Of a stretch of DNA of 64,000 nt, positions 49,701-60,997 are shown piece by piece (position 1 is the stretch's first letter; every line of letters starts with the position of its first letter). The notes beneath the pieces are model-generated. The model was not told where the DNA came from. It did no database searches and saw only the letters and a list, made by a program, of their open reading frames with translations. The stretch lies in the NCBI RefSeq assembly GCF_964204645.1, contig NC_134028.1, positions 3,162,001 through 3,226,000 on the forward strand. The letters run 5' to 3'. The DNA is from Tubulanus polymorphus (taxonomy: Eukaryota; Animalia; Nemertea). Both the position numbers and the translations under genes were made by a program.

Positions 49701-51639
49701 TGAATTTATTTTTAGGCCAGATGACATCTTTTACCTAAATAAATAAGACACTAAATCAGAGATGGTATCACGAAGTATGTATTTTTGCCTCAATATCAAA
49801 AATGCATGATATGCATCTTTAATTTTTAAGCATTACAAACGGTCCCTACAGATAAGTCCAATTTCTGGATATAAGGAGTTGAAAAGGAAGCATCTGCAAC
49901 ACTTTCATATCCCTTATCTCTAATCCCTTGATCTCTAATAACCGCTTGGGTAAAAACAAATCCAGGTCCGAACTGTATCGATTTAGGGGCCCCCTACTGT
50001 ACAACTACTAATTCAAGACAAAGATACATGACTATGTATTTAATATAGAAGGAATTTTGGGTATTTCGCTCATATTAAAGGAGTTTCAACCACTGATGAT
50101 ATGAAATCATTGTTTCCGTTTTGAAGGAATCAAGGAGTCGTAGGGACCCTGCTACAGCCAATAACTTTTTACACATCTTCATAACTGACGATAGGATGAA
50201 AAGCTAAGTGGTGATATTTCAGAAATTCAATTCCATGTCCTTGGTAATCTTAAAATCAATTTTGTTACTTTGAAGTTCTGAAATTTGCCTTATCGTCAAA
50301 TACTGACCTCGCCAAACTGTGCGAAATGTGCAGAGATGTCTTCTTTCGCCATCGCAGCTTCAACACCTCCGACGAAAACCTTCGGTTCTTTTCCGCCTCG
50401 GGACTTCGCTTTCTTGCAGTCGATAGGTTTCTTGCCAATGTAGTGATTGGAAGTAGAAAGCACCTGAATAAATCGATCAAAATCTTAATTGTTGCATCAA
50501 AAACTTCTCACAAAAAACGATGTGCTATTAGGCTAAAAAACATTGATACCTTGTTTCTCCGCTCTGCTGAGCTTAAATGTTGACCCGGCCGGCCGCCTAT
50601 CTACCCTATATATAACTTTTTTTAAAATCGTGATCAATTGTACCATAACAGACCCGGCCGCTATAGAAATGAACTGTTTATAAATTTTATCATATTTTAC
50701 AAAAATGACCCGGCCGCTGCGGAGAAACAAGGTATCATTTTTGTTTAGCCTTAGATTACAGTTGATGTAACTGTTAGGGACGACGTCGACACTTTACCTT
50801 TTTAACGCAATCGCAATCCTTGAACGTGATAAAACAGAACCCACGATTTTTGCCTGTTGTTAAATCTTTTTTTAAGTCGACAACTTCAACTTCACCAAAC
50901 TGACTGAAGTGATCCTTTAATTCAGCTGAAAAATAAAGATATACATTTCCTAAATTCTGAAGGAATAACAACTCGATCTTCATTTTCAAGTTCTTTTTTT
51001 TTCAATGATACACTTACATTCTACTAAATCCCAAGCCAAACCACCGACAAATATTTTCCTACAAAAGAAATCATTTAATCAAAAAATTTAATTGGAATCC
51101 TTATTCAGCACAAACAAGTGTGATACAAATATAAATAACAATACAACAAAGCATATGTTCAGATAATACCAGACAGACAATAGGACATAACCATCATTGA
51201 CCTAATGTACAAGATTTTAGGAACACTTAAACAGCATTTAGCAGCCAAAGGAAGTAAGATTTTCTGTTGTTGTTAGCAGGCAGCCATTTTGATTTTTAAA
51301 TATAATATATTTTAGCGTCAAAAATTAATAGAAGAATGCTTATGTTTTATACCTATCATCCGTATCAGAGTCGTCTATATGATGCCCTCCTCCGCCGTGA
51401 CCGTGATGGTATGATTCGTGATGCTGATGCTGTTCCTGTTGATCATGCTCCTGTTGTTCATGTTCGACGAGTTCCAGCTCTTCGCCGTCGCCGCTTTGTT
51501 GTTGATCCTCATTCAACTGCTCGTTCTGTTCGAGTTCGGCGTGTTGGCCGTCGCCATTTTCCGTATTCTCGTAGCCACCGTCTTCACCGATATCAAAACC
51601 GACTCCGGCGTCGTCTTGCGCGTATTCTAAATCGGCCAT
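46772..51639 (-). CDS. hnRNP A/B-D (squid-like) protein with 2 RRMs and a Gly/Tyr-rich tail (exons 51639-51353, 51058-51018, 50925-50798, 50463-50308, 49734-49600, 48321-48213, 47746-47537, 47230-47192, 46905-46772)
   Basis: RKIFVGGLAW, NRGFCFITF, KVFVGG, RG/GY-rich region, and a C-terminal YGKAPRRGG...YHPY PY-NLS. All exon phases are compatible. Confidence 0.92.
50061..50151. repeat. Dispersed repeat terminus ending ...AAGGAATCAAGGAGTCGTAGGGACCCTG
   Basis: Related copies at ~35325-35381, ~47050-47128 and, inverted, ~58641-58672. Confidence 0.65.
50531..50750. mobile_element. PIF/Harbinger-like MITE with TTA TSD
   Basis: ~32-bp TIRs ggctaaaaaacattgataccttgtttctccgc / gcggagaaacaaggtatcatttttgtttagcc, with TTA on both sides. 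Confidence 0.8.
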
Positions 51640-53076
51640 AGCGTGTAATTTACGAGTAAATTATGAGAAAAATCGCCGCACTGCGTCGCCGACAAAATGG
51701 AGAAGGAGGCGCAAGCTAGCACTTGATAGCATCGGCGATAACCCGCCGGGCATAATTGCTCGTAAGGTTCGAATCCCATATAATACTCACCAGGTTCGAG
51801 TCCTAAAAAAGTGTCTGATTCGGTCGATGTAAATCATAAATCTCTCGCGGTTTCAATCTCACATCATTTTTGTGGACATGAATATCAATTCGATTTTTGA
51901 TATCTGCGAAAGCGTTTTAGTCGAAGGATTTACCAGGTTTGCTCTCTCCCTAGGCCTAGGTGATAGTGGATTTTGCCAGGCACATCCAAAATCGGAGCCG
52001 TCCGTGAGTTTACATTGATGTCTTTTCGAAAAGAATATAGCATTATATTCTTGAATTATACTTTTGGTGAAATAATAGTTCCGTGTTTCAAAAATAAGTA
52101 AACTCTCGGACCTGGTACAACAACAAACTTTTATCTTATTTCATCGCCAAAAAAACGGACAAAATGCGAAAGAAGCTTGTTCCGATTTTTGGCGTGAAGG
52201 TTATCTGCCAGAAATTGAATGCATAAAAAAGAGGTTGAATAGATTATTTCCGAGAGATTTGCTTGATTGCTGGAACACACTTTGCGTCACGGGAAACCGA
52301 TACCTCGGATTGTCGTCAACTCGGGGGAGGGGTAACATTTAAATGGAGCACTCATACGCGAAACCCAGCGCCGCCGATCTATTTTTATCCCACCGTCCAA
52401 GGATACACCGTAGAAGTTATTAAAACATTCGTATCAGTTATTCATCGAGGGTTTCGAGTGACCGCTTAAAACTATCATTTTTAAAAACTACCGCTCCCCG
52501 AGTTGGAGGGTAAAACGACACACTTAGTGTGGGGACAATATTACATGATAAGAGATAGTAATAAAAGAAGCTCCTACACACTTGACTTTTTCGTGCATAT
52601 AAAAGCAAGTAGCAATTTCAATTCGGAAAAAATACGTTTTCGCATATAAAAAGTATACGCGTGTTTGATAGGGAGTGTGTTTATCAATGAATTTGCTTGC
52701 GACTTTGAGATTGTTTTTGACAGTGATGCAATAATCGTTACTCAATGCAACCGGAGATATTATAAGTTTGCTTAGTGAATTACAGTTTTCCCAGCCAGAG
52801 CTCTCATACGCGATACCTTTGACCAAATCTGTATCGAATGCACGAGCTGAGTGAATGTTTTGAAATCGTTGAAATTAGTGAAATTTCTTAAGGTTCGCAT
52901 TCGAATTTCGTTCAACGTAACGTGTCCGTTTAGCCTTACGAGTCTCGTGTCAGACGCGGTTACAACCAATCAAAACTTCGACGCATCATACAAGCGCGTG
53001 TGTCCATCGCTGTTGGTGGTTTGAAGAATCAGGGACAACACTGATCGCGACAACATCGCGCAAAGTAAAAAAGATA

Positions 53077-54812
53077 ATGCCGGGTAAAACTTCTACCAAA
53101 CTGACGACAGTCTTCATGAAACTATTTAAAACGCACTGTAATGGTACCCCCACAGCAAATTGTCTATATCAGTAAGTTCAAATTTTTTTTGATAATATAT
53201 AAGTTGTGTTGCTGTAGTTTTCTGTTCGTCTTGGGTTTTGCCCTAAACTAGCCGTAGCCGAACGGGCGTTTTTTTTCTTTTCAATCAGGGGTGCCCCCAA
53301 AGGCCAATTTCGATGCACTTGTCACATCCACATCCCAAATGGGAATTTTGATATCCAAAAAGCAGGCGCACTCCCGCATTAGTGATAAAATGAAAGATTA
53401 AGCCACTCAAAAGTGGTACGAGTCTCATAAGTACTCCTGGATCCACCCGGTTCATCGAGGCACTTTTCAAATACATTATTTCGCGAAACATTTACACATT
53501 CACTCAATATCAACATTTCTGGAATGACTTTTCAGGTTCCACGTGGCAATGAAAGTAAAAAAAAGTCTTGGAAAGTTAAAAAATGTCACCTCGGCGACGT
53601 ACGTACATTCCTGTATTTATGATTCTAAATTATCTTTTGCAGATTGTTAGATATTTCAACTCGTTTGTTCAGATTGCCGTGTATAACAGTGTTTGTGATA
53701 TCATGGTCAGTGATAGTATGCCAGACGATGTGTGCCTCGGCCGAAATCTCGTCTCCTGCTTACCGGTGGTTGGAACGCGCTATGATAGAAAACAGCCGTC
53801 AACGACATCTGGACGCTAAAAGATACAGCGTACAACATATGACGCAAGTAAATAATTTGAACTTGTTAAAAGGCATTGTAATTAATCTATGTCCAAACGG
53901 CATGCTTCACATTGTACTTCATCCACAACTCCAAAAGCGCGAAAAACGAAAAAAGATTCACCCTCTCCTTGGCGGCGCAAGAAGTGATGTTTCCCCTTAG
54001 AACTAAATATTTTCACCGCAAATTGAACCTAATTTTTGGTAATGGAAGAAGGATTTTTGCATGTACTGTAGCCTATATGTAAAGTACAGGGTCGTACCTA
54101 GCATCTGAATTTGGGGAGGGAGGCAGAGAAACCCGAAGAAGGGCGGTTCTATTTGATATAACAGTAATTTTGCAAAAAGGGCACTTTTCCAAAATTTCTG
54201 TGGGGGGGGGGGGGGTCACTGTATATGTATATGCAATTATGAAGTCATTTAGTATTTAGTGTTAGAAGGAGTTACTTACTTTAGTATTTATTGTCGCTCC
54301 ATTTGTTCTTTTGAATATTTTATCAACTCAACCCTTTGTAGCTAAAACCGAACAAGGTGATCGTCGTATATGTATATAATTCGAGTGTGGATGTTTCATA
54401 TATCATTATGCATAGCAATTTCAACCCGAATATAGTCAACTAATTGTGGAAGATGAAACCATCATCTCGAGCTAAATATACGGAAAGCACCGTCCGTCGG
54501 AATCATGGCTTGTTTGGAAGTGGTACCGAAAATAAATCCATCGACAGCATTGCATCAGATACTCGAAATCTTTTTCCTGTGAATTGAATTCCGATCGTCT
54601 ACATGTAACTTACTGAAACGATGGCATTTTGCTTTTCTTCGTTGCAGTTTCAGCCGTCGTGTGACGGACTTGGTGAACGCTGCAATCCATTTGACAAAAA
54701 CAGTGCGTGCACGGGAGTGTGTAGACCCGGGCACACGATTAAGGGATGTCGTCGCTTACCTAGAGGATTTACCTGCGTTCAATTAAAACGGAGACGTGGA
54801 CGACATCAATAG
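53077..54812 (+). CDS. Small secreted cysteine-rich propeptide precursor, ~154 aa (exons 53077-53171, 53643-53847, 54648-54812)
   Basis: Phase-compatible GT-AG exons. Hydrophobic segment, pro-region ending in KR, 6-Cys domain, then KRRR. Confidence 0.7.
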
Positions 54813-56255
54813 ACGTAGTATATTTAGGGAGTTTTCAGAAAAAAACATTTTATTGTCGACTCTAAATATTTTCTCTAATAAATTCGTTATTATGTGTTGG
54901 CTAACCCGGATATTTTGGATAAAGGTTAAATAAAAAGTGAAAAGAGAAACTCTTTTTCTAGCTTAGCTTATATGGTGATGGAAATGTTTATGTCCTGCGT
55001 GAGGGAATTAATCTAAATCCAATCAAAAAGAGGATATACTTTTTCATTTTTCATTGTTTCACTGGAGTCCACACTGAAATTAGCGGTGACGATTTGCATC
55101 AACTTTGATAACAGTTATCACAACTGCTCTGTTGACGTCATCACCAAATATCAAATTACGCGAGTTCATGTTCTTCGATGATGATATCACGACCATGGTT
55201 TAATAGATTTGATAGCGATGCACGTGTATGGTGAATTCGTGTCTTAACTATTAAGATATTTCTATTATTATCATAGACAAGCAATTATCAAAAGACGCCG
55301 AAGCGGTTTTAATGAATGCTGGGACTTTCAAAATGAGAAGATATGAACGGTAACAATCATTAAACTATGGGTGAAACCGAATAGACTTTTCAGGTCGTCG
55401 GACACCCAGGTTTCCGACATCATCAACCCGCATATATATTCTTTACCACATTTAGATGTTAATACTTTGAAGAATAATAATGTTTAAGCACCGGGTGGTG
55501 GTAATTCTCTAAGCGGAACTCATGGGGGCGGCTTAAACCCGCATCCATGTTGCTTTATATACATGGAACCAATTTAGATGTACCGGTACTAACCACCAAA
55601 TCTTCTGTGGTTCCCACTTCCGAAATAATCATTAAAAGTATTTTAGATAATGAATAATAAATATATATTTGTAGTCAAGAATATAACAGTTCCAAAGGTT
55701 TAAATAACAGGTGGGTTCCATAGCGGGCCTTGTCAAATAGGCTATCCGTGCCAACATCGGGAGGACGAACGTAGAGCTCATTCGCCATCGTTACGGTACT
55801 TTTTATAGGCGAGAAGGTTGGGTGGATGAGTTGTATCGAAGGCGATCTTATAACATTTATACATTTGTTTGCACTTTTCAATAAATTCTTCACTTTCAAG
55901 ACAATGCAGCGTCGTTGGGGGTGTTAACTCACGACCTGTCAGGCACATAACGTTCTAGAAAGACGCTACATGTATAAGATCATGTCGTCCCGAATAATGC
56001 AACATGATACATGTACTAACTTCTCGAAATCGTGTATGAAGATACAACACCTGTCACCTATAATTCTAGTTAACAACAACCAATCAAATAATAAACAACA
56101 ACCAACCAAATAATAAACAAGGTCTTTTTTTTTAGACAAAACTTATTATTCACACAAACAGAATGCTTACACTAGCAGTTGGCTAGAATACAATACAAGA
56201 ATCTATTATTTTTTTCTGGATTAACGCTCTTTGATTACTAACATAATTTTGGTCA

Positions 56256-57436
56256 CTATATGTACTTAAACACGACATCTTTTCTACTTTCAACTGTCTG
56301 AATTTCTAATTTAACGGGACATTTCAACAAATACTCCAACATGCTCTCCGTGTATCCGAGCAGAAAGTACATTTTCCGTGCGCTAACACCGCGAAAAACA
56401 AGTCCGGCACAAATGATCATATTGTGCCTGCGTTTAATGATAACTTCCGACAGGAATAGTCGAGACCAAGTTCCATGAATGAATTTACGAATGAAAGCAT
56501 CCTCGACTGTCAGCTGAGACGCATTTTCTCCTTCATCCTTCAGACTACCTGATCAAAAATAGAAGAGCTACATAAGAGACACATCGAGACCAGGGTTTTC
56601 AATTTATCATCAAATCCTTGATTTTGTCAGATAAACTTTTTTCTTATGATCTTAAACATATCTTAACTATAAAATAAATAATGATATTTTGATTTCAGAA
56701 CTATCAATTTTAAATCTAAGATAGGTCGAATTTGTGGATTGACGTCTATTTAATAAAATTCCAAATTAAGATAAGTCCGGACAGAAAATGTTCCTGGATG
56801 AATTGCATTTTATAACTCACTTGTATTCCACGAGTTCCAAGATTTTCTCAATCCAATACGATGAGGTGGCTGGGCTTCTTCATAAGTAAGTGCTCGACTT
56901 TTATTGATTGTTCCTTTCGGTATTCCTGAACGAATGTTTTTTTGGCAGGCGGCTGAAATGTGCAAACTCCTTGCCAAATTCCATTGACTAAAACAATTCA
57001 CCAGGAATTTTTTCTGCAAATGAGAAGTTCAGATACGGTATGGCATGTGATTCAACACAGTACAATAGAACAGTGAATTACCGACGGGAGCTTTTTGAAA
57101 TAAAAATAGCCAGAGTATCTGTCGGAAATTGAATAGTTAGTCCCATTCCTACTAACATTTTAGTTGTTCACTCCCGGTAAAAAAGACGACTGTAGGCCAT
57201 CAGGCATATTTTGGGATTCGAACCCAATTTGTAGAAAGTTTACAGTATATCAGCTAAAATTGCTCGTTTCAGTAAGTTGATAAAATTTAAACACTCAATT
57301 ATGGTTAAAACATAGAGTTTTGATAGAATACTACATCAGAACCTTTTAATCGTAGTTCAAGTATATGTGAATCTATTTAAAAACACAAAAAATCGGCAAA
57401 TTTTACCCCTAAAATCTCTCTCATGGGCGCGGCCAT
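56256..57436 (-). CDS. MRPS24: Mitochondrial ribosomal protein S24 / uS3m (exons 57436-57407, 57013-56821, 56548-56256)
   Basis: LTYEEAQPPHRIGLRKSWNSWNT, EDAFIRKFIHGTW, EVIIKRRHN, YFLLGYTE, KCPVKLEIQTV and VVFKYI. Confidence 0.94.
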
Positions 57437-58384
57437 CTTGTTTCAGTCGTCGGAGAATTGGCCAATCACGGGCACTGTAAGCTTTAGTTTAATTGAGGGA
57501 ACTGACTAATAAACGGCGCCGATACAAATAATCCTACGAGCTGACGTAGATAGCTGCCATTTTGTTGAATCGTGTCTCTCCGATCGGGTAAAAGAGGAGG
57601 GAATTCCCTCTTAAAAGTCTTCAGATCTTCGCACGTAATTACCCGAAATCGTAAATTTTAGGTAAACAACTTTCTCATTGATCCTTTTGAAAATTTCACA
57701 TGGATTTTAAGGCATCGACTTGTCGTAAATTGCCCGTTTGAAGTTGCAGTATGGAAAAGGGGCTTTTTTGAGCCCAAATCCTGAATCCATATCCAGTCGA
57801 TTCATTTTGATACGTTTTGTGGTAGATTCTGTGTAAGGTGTCTCTCTCTAATCCTGCAATATACTCCATAAGTAACGTTTACTGTGACTATTTCATATGG
57901 TGCATCAATTTACTCTAAGGCTTTTTAAGTCTTCTTGCTTAGTTTGATGTAGACACAATTTTTTGACAGTTCCCTCCTTATTAGTTAGCCCTAATAATGC
58001 ATGGGCACAGGCCAGGCGAGGTGTCATTGATTATACTTTGAAATTAAATGATAGCCAATTGAAGTGTGACAAGTCTTATCGCAAGACTTATATGGTGAAG
58101 GTTTACTCTAGCCTACTTGACTTGTAGCTAAGGCTAAGCTGATATTTCTCTAAGGATAAGCGCACAGGGGCGAAGTCGAATTTTTGGGGTGAATAGTTGC
58201 TCAGATCATTTAGTATCCCAAGTACTATATAATATAGTCCATGGGATACTGGATGATCTGCAGCTATGCTACGGTTTACCCGCAAACTTCAACTCTGAGC
58301 CCCTGTGGATTAGTGGAGCTGTAATGTGACTGCAATGTCTGTGTTCTTTTGTAGGTGACAAGAAAAAAAGAAAATACTATAAAA

Positions 58385-60997
58385 ATGTTTCTGTGGGATT
58401 GGTTTTCGAATATGTTAAGCTTTTTAGGTACGTATTTGATATTTATTGAAACATTCAACATATTTAGCCATTTTTACGAATAATAACGTGATTGTTTCTG
58501 ATGTTACAGGGCTTATGAAAAAATCGGGAAAATTACTGTTTCTTGGCTTGGATAATGCTGGTAAAACGACGTTATTGCATATGCTCAAAGACGACAGAAT
58601 GGCACAACACGTCCCGACGTTACATCCCAGTAAGTATTCCCAGGGTCCCTGTGACTCTGCGATTCCTTAAACACTCTCATCTCGTGAGACCAATAAATTC
58701 CATGGTCGGAGCTGGGATGGGTCGCTTATAATGACAATTGGAGAACAAAAATATGTAATATTTGGTTCGGACATATCCGAGGAAATCGACCCTAGGGTCA
58801 ACAGTCTGCTTCTACTGTATTTCACTCCTCACGACACATGAGGGTTTCTCTTAAAAGCCGATGAATGGAAATAGATACTTCATCGACATGATTTATTTTC
58901 AGCATCCGAAGAGCTTTCAATGGGTAATATGAGATTTACGACGTTCGATTTAGGAGGACACAGACAAGGTAAGAATAGTTGGCCTAGCCCATCATCATGG
59001 CTGTTTTAAAATGGAAATCTATTTTGTAATAATAACACACCAAGGTTTCTGATGGAATAGAGTGACATAAGGAATCTCATGAGGTCCCTAGTGCCATAGA
59101 AGAAACAGCCCTCCGCTATCTTATACCGGGGTAAATCCTTGGATTTGCTCAGGGAATTTTGTGTTATAACATGGACAAATCTGGGAAGCCTCAGGGAATT
59201 CGTAATTAAAGGAAAGTGCACTCTGCTGTGGGTTATACAAAAATTTACTCATATTAAATCCTGACTGATGTAATAAAGACAACTCAATGCTTCAGTTAAC
59301 CTCTTCACTACCGCGGATAATGTAACCCACCTCACCAGGATTCGAGCCCAATGTCATCAATCAATTCAAATAAAATCGGTATTAGAGGCTGTTAGAGTTA
59401 CTAATCCTCCATCTATGAGTAAAAATTGGAACTAAGTTGAGGCAGACAAGCCTATAGTACGGCATCCTCCCTCTGCAGGGACTCGAACCTGATGGCATCG
59501 CTACACTCAGCCACGGCACGAACCCCTGCATCAGAAGACCGGGTGCGCAGGTACATGCGCAGCTTTCCGAACGAAAACTGGCGGCACCAATCAGATTGCT
59601 CGTTGTATAATCGTTGAGGCAAATTTCAAGGAAGAACTATAAATGGGAAAACCCGGGCTAAAATAAAACAGGATTTCTGATTGGCTAAAAATCACATCAT
59701 CTGAACTGCGCATGTATCTGCGCACACGGTCGATTATGGCAGGGTTTCGTGCCGTTGCAATCTCGATGCCATCAGGTTCGAATCCCTGCCGGGGGAGGAT
59801 GATAGTACGGCTACACATCAGCGGTGCAATGGCTCATCACACCAGCAATTGTAGTAAATGAATATATTTGCGACGTAAATATACGTCACGCATGGTAGCG
59901 AAGAGGTTAAGGTTCGCTGGTATAGATTAATTGCGTTGTGTATCAGATTTTTTAATCGATCATTTCAGCTCGTCGAGTGTGGAAAACATATTTTCCAGCG
60001 GTTGATGGTATTGTCTTCTTGGTTGACGCGTTTGACCGGGAACGATTTCCAGAAGCTAAGGCTGAATTAGATGTACGTTGATTTAATGTTCTCGATTGAA
60101 AGTCGATTCGTCCGATTGCGTTTATCACCATTTCTTTGAATATTACAGAGTTTAATGATGGATGAACAAGTAATGAATGCCCCAGTGTTAATATTAGGAA
60201 ACAAAATCGACAAACCAGGTGCTGCTAGCGAAGATGAATTACGAACGTTGTTTGGTTTACACGGTCAGACCACCGGAAAGGTAAATATAATTTCCAGTGA
60301 AGATTAAAATAAACATCAAGAGTCAGTGCCGCAGTTGTGAGTTAGAGTTTGAGTTAAAATCAGTTCATTTTCCTTTGAGTCAAATATATACTCACAACTG
60401 CGGAACTGGGTCCAGGGGCTAGTTGTACAGTCATGGTTTCAATATAGGATCATCTTAAAGAGTTTTCTTAGGATTTAAGAAGGCACTGTGGCTAAAATGT
60501 GGATATGGGATCATTCATTTATTATGTACGCATAAAATTTGAATTTTCCAACCCCCTCTCCCCCCATGTACGCAAAATCGGCCAATTTTTCATATACATT
60601 AAGCATTACAGTACGCAATTGCACTGACCCCTCCCCCTCCCCTAATGCGTACATAATAAATGAATGATCCCTATTGTGATGACTACGGGTCTCTTGAGAT
60701 AGAGAAATCCTTAGTCTGTTAAGCGTTTTAATGATATATCAGTATGAAGAATGATTATCAGACAGACTTCCAAGATGATGATGTCATATTCGATAAATTG
60801 TATCTGAGTTCCTTATGGAGCCATTTCAACTTGGCAAGTTGTCTCTAATGATCTTTCAAAATTTTCTTTTTGACTTGCAGGGAAACATTCCACGAACAGA
60901 GTTACACAGTCGTCCAGTGGAAATGTTTATGTGCAGTGTATTGAAACGACAAGGCTACGGAGAAGGATTCAGATGGATGGCGCAATATATCAACTGA
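58385..60997 (+). CDS. SAR1: COPII small GTPase SAR1 (exons 58385-58427, 58510-58629, 58903-58968, 59969-60072, 60149-60280, 60881-60997)
   Basis: [36 protein letters not shown] and [17 protein letters not shown]. Confidence 0.97.
59300..59906. mobile_element. Non-autonomous piggyBac-like element with TTAA TSD in SAR1 intron 3
   Basis: TTAA-CCTCTTCACTACC ... GGTAGCGAAGAGG-TTAA (12/13 TIR match). Confidence 0.7.
59463..59801. mobile_element. Mutator-like MITE with ~105-bp TIRs and 9-bp TSD ATAGTACGG, nested in the piggyBac-like element
   Basis: TSD at 59454-59462 and 59802-59810. Termini CATCCTCCC / GGGAGGATG. Confidence 0.85.
60507..60671. mobile_element. MITE with 27-bp perfect TIRs and TAT TSD in SAR1 intron 5
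   Basis: gggatcattcatttattatgtacgcat / atgcgtacataataaatgaatgatccc. Confidence 0.85.

Noticed and set aside
51760-51810. Possible tRNA genes at GGTTCGAATCCC motifs
   Set aside because: No cloverleaf, acceptor stem or properly spaced A-box.
57082-57146. Alternative ATG exon for MRPS24
   Set aside because: Its donor is phase 2 and does not fit the phase-0 acceptor at 57013, whereas the MAAPMREILG exon fits.
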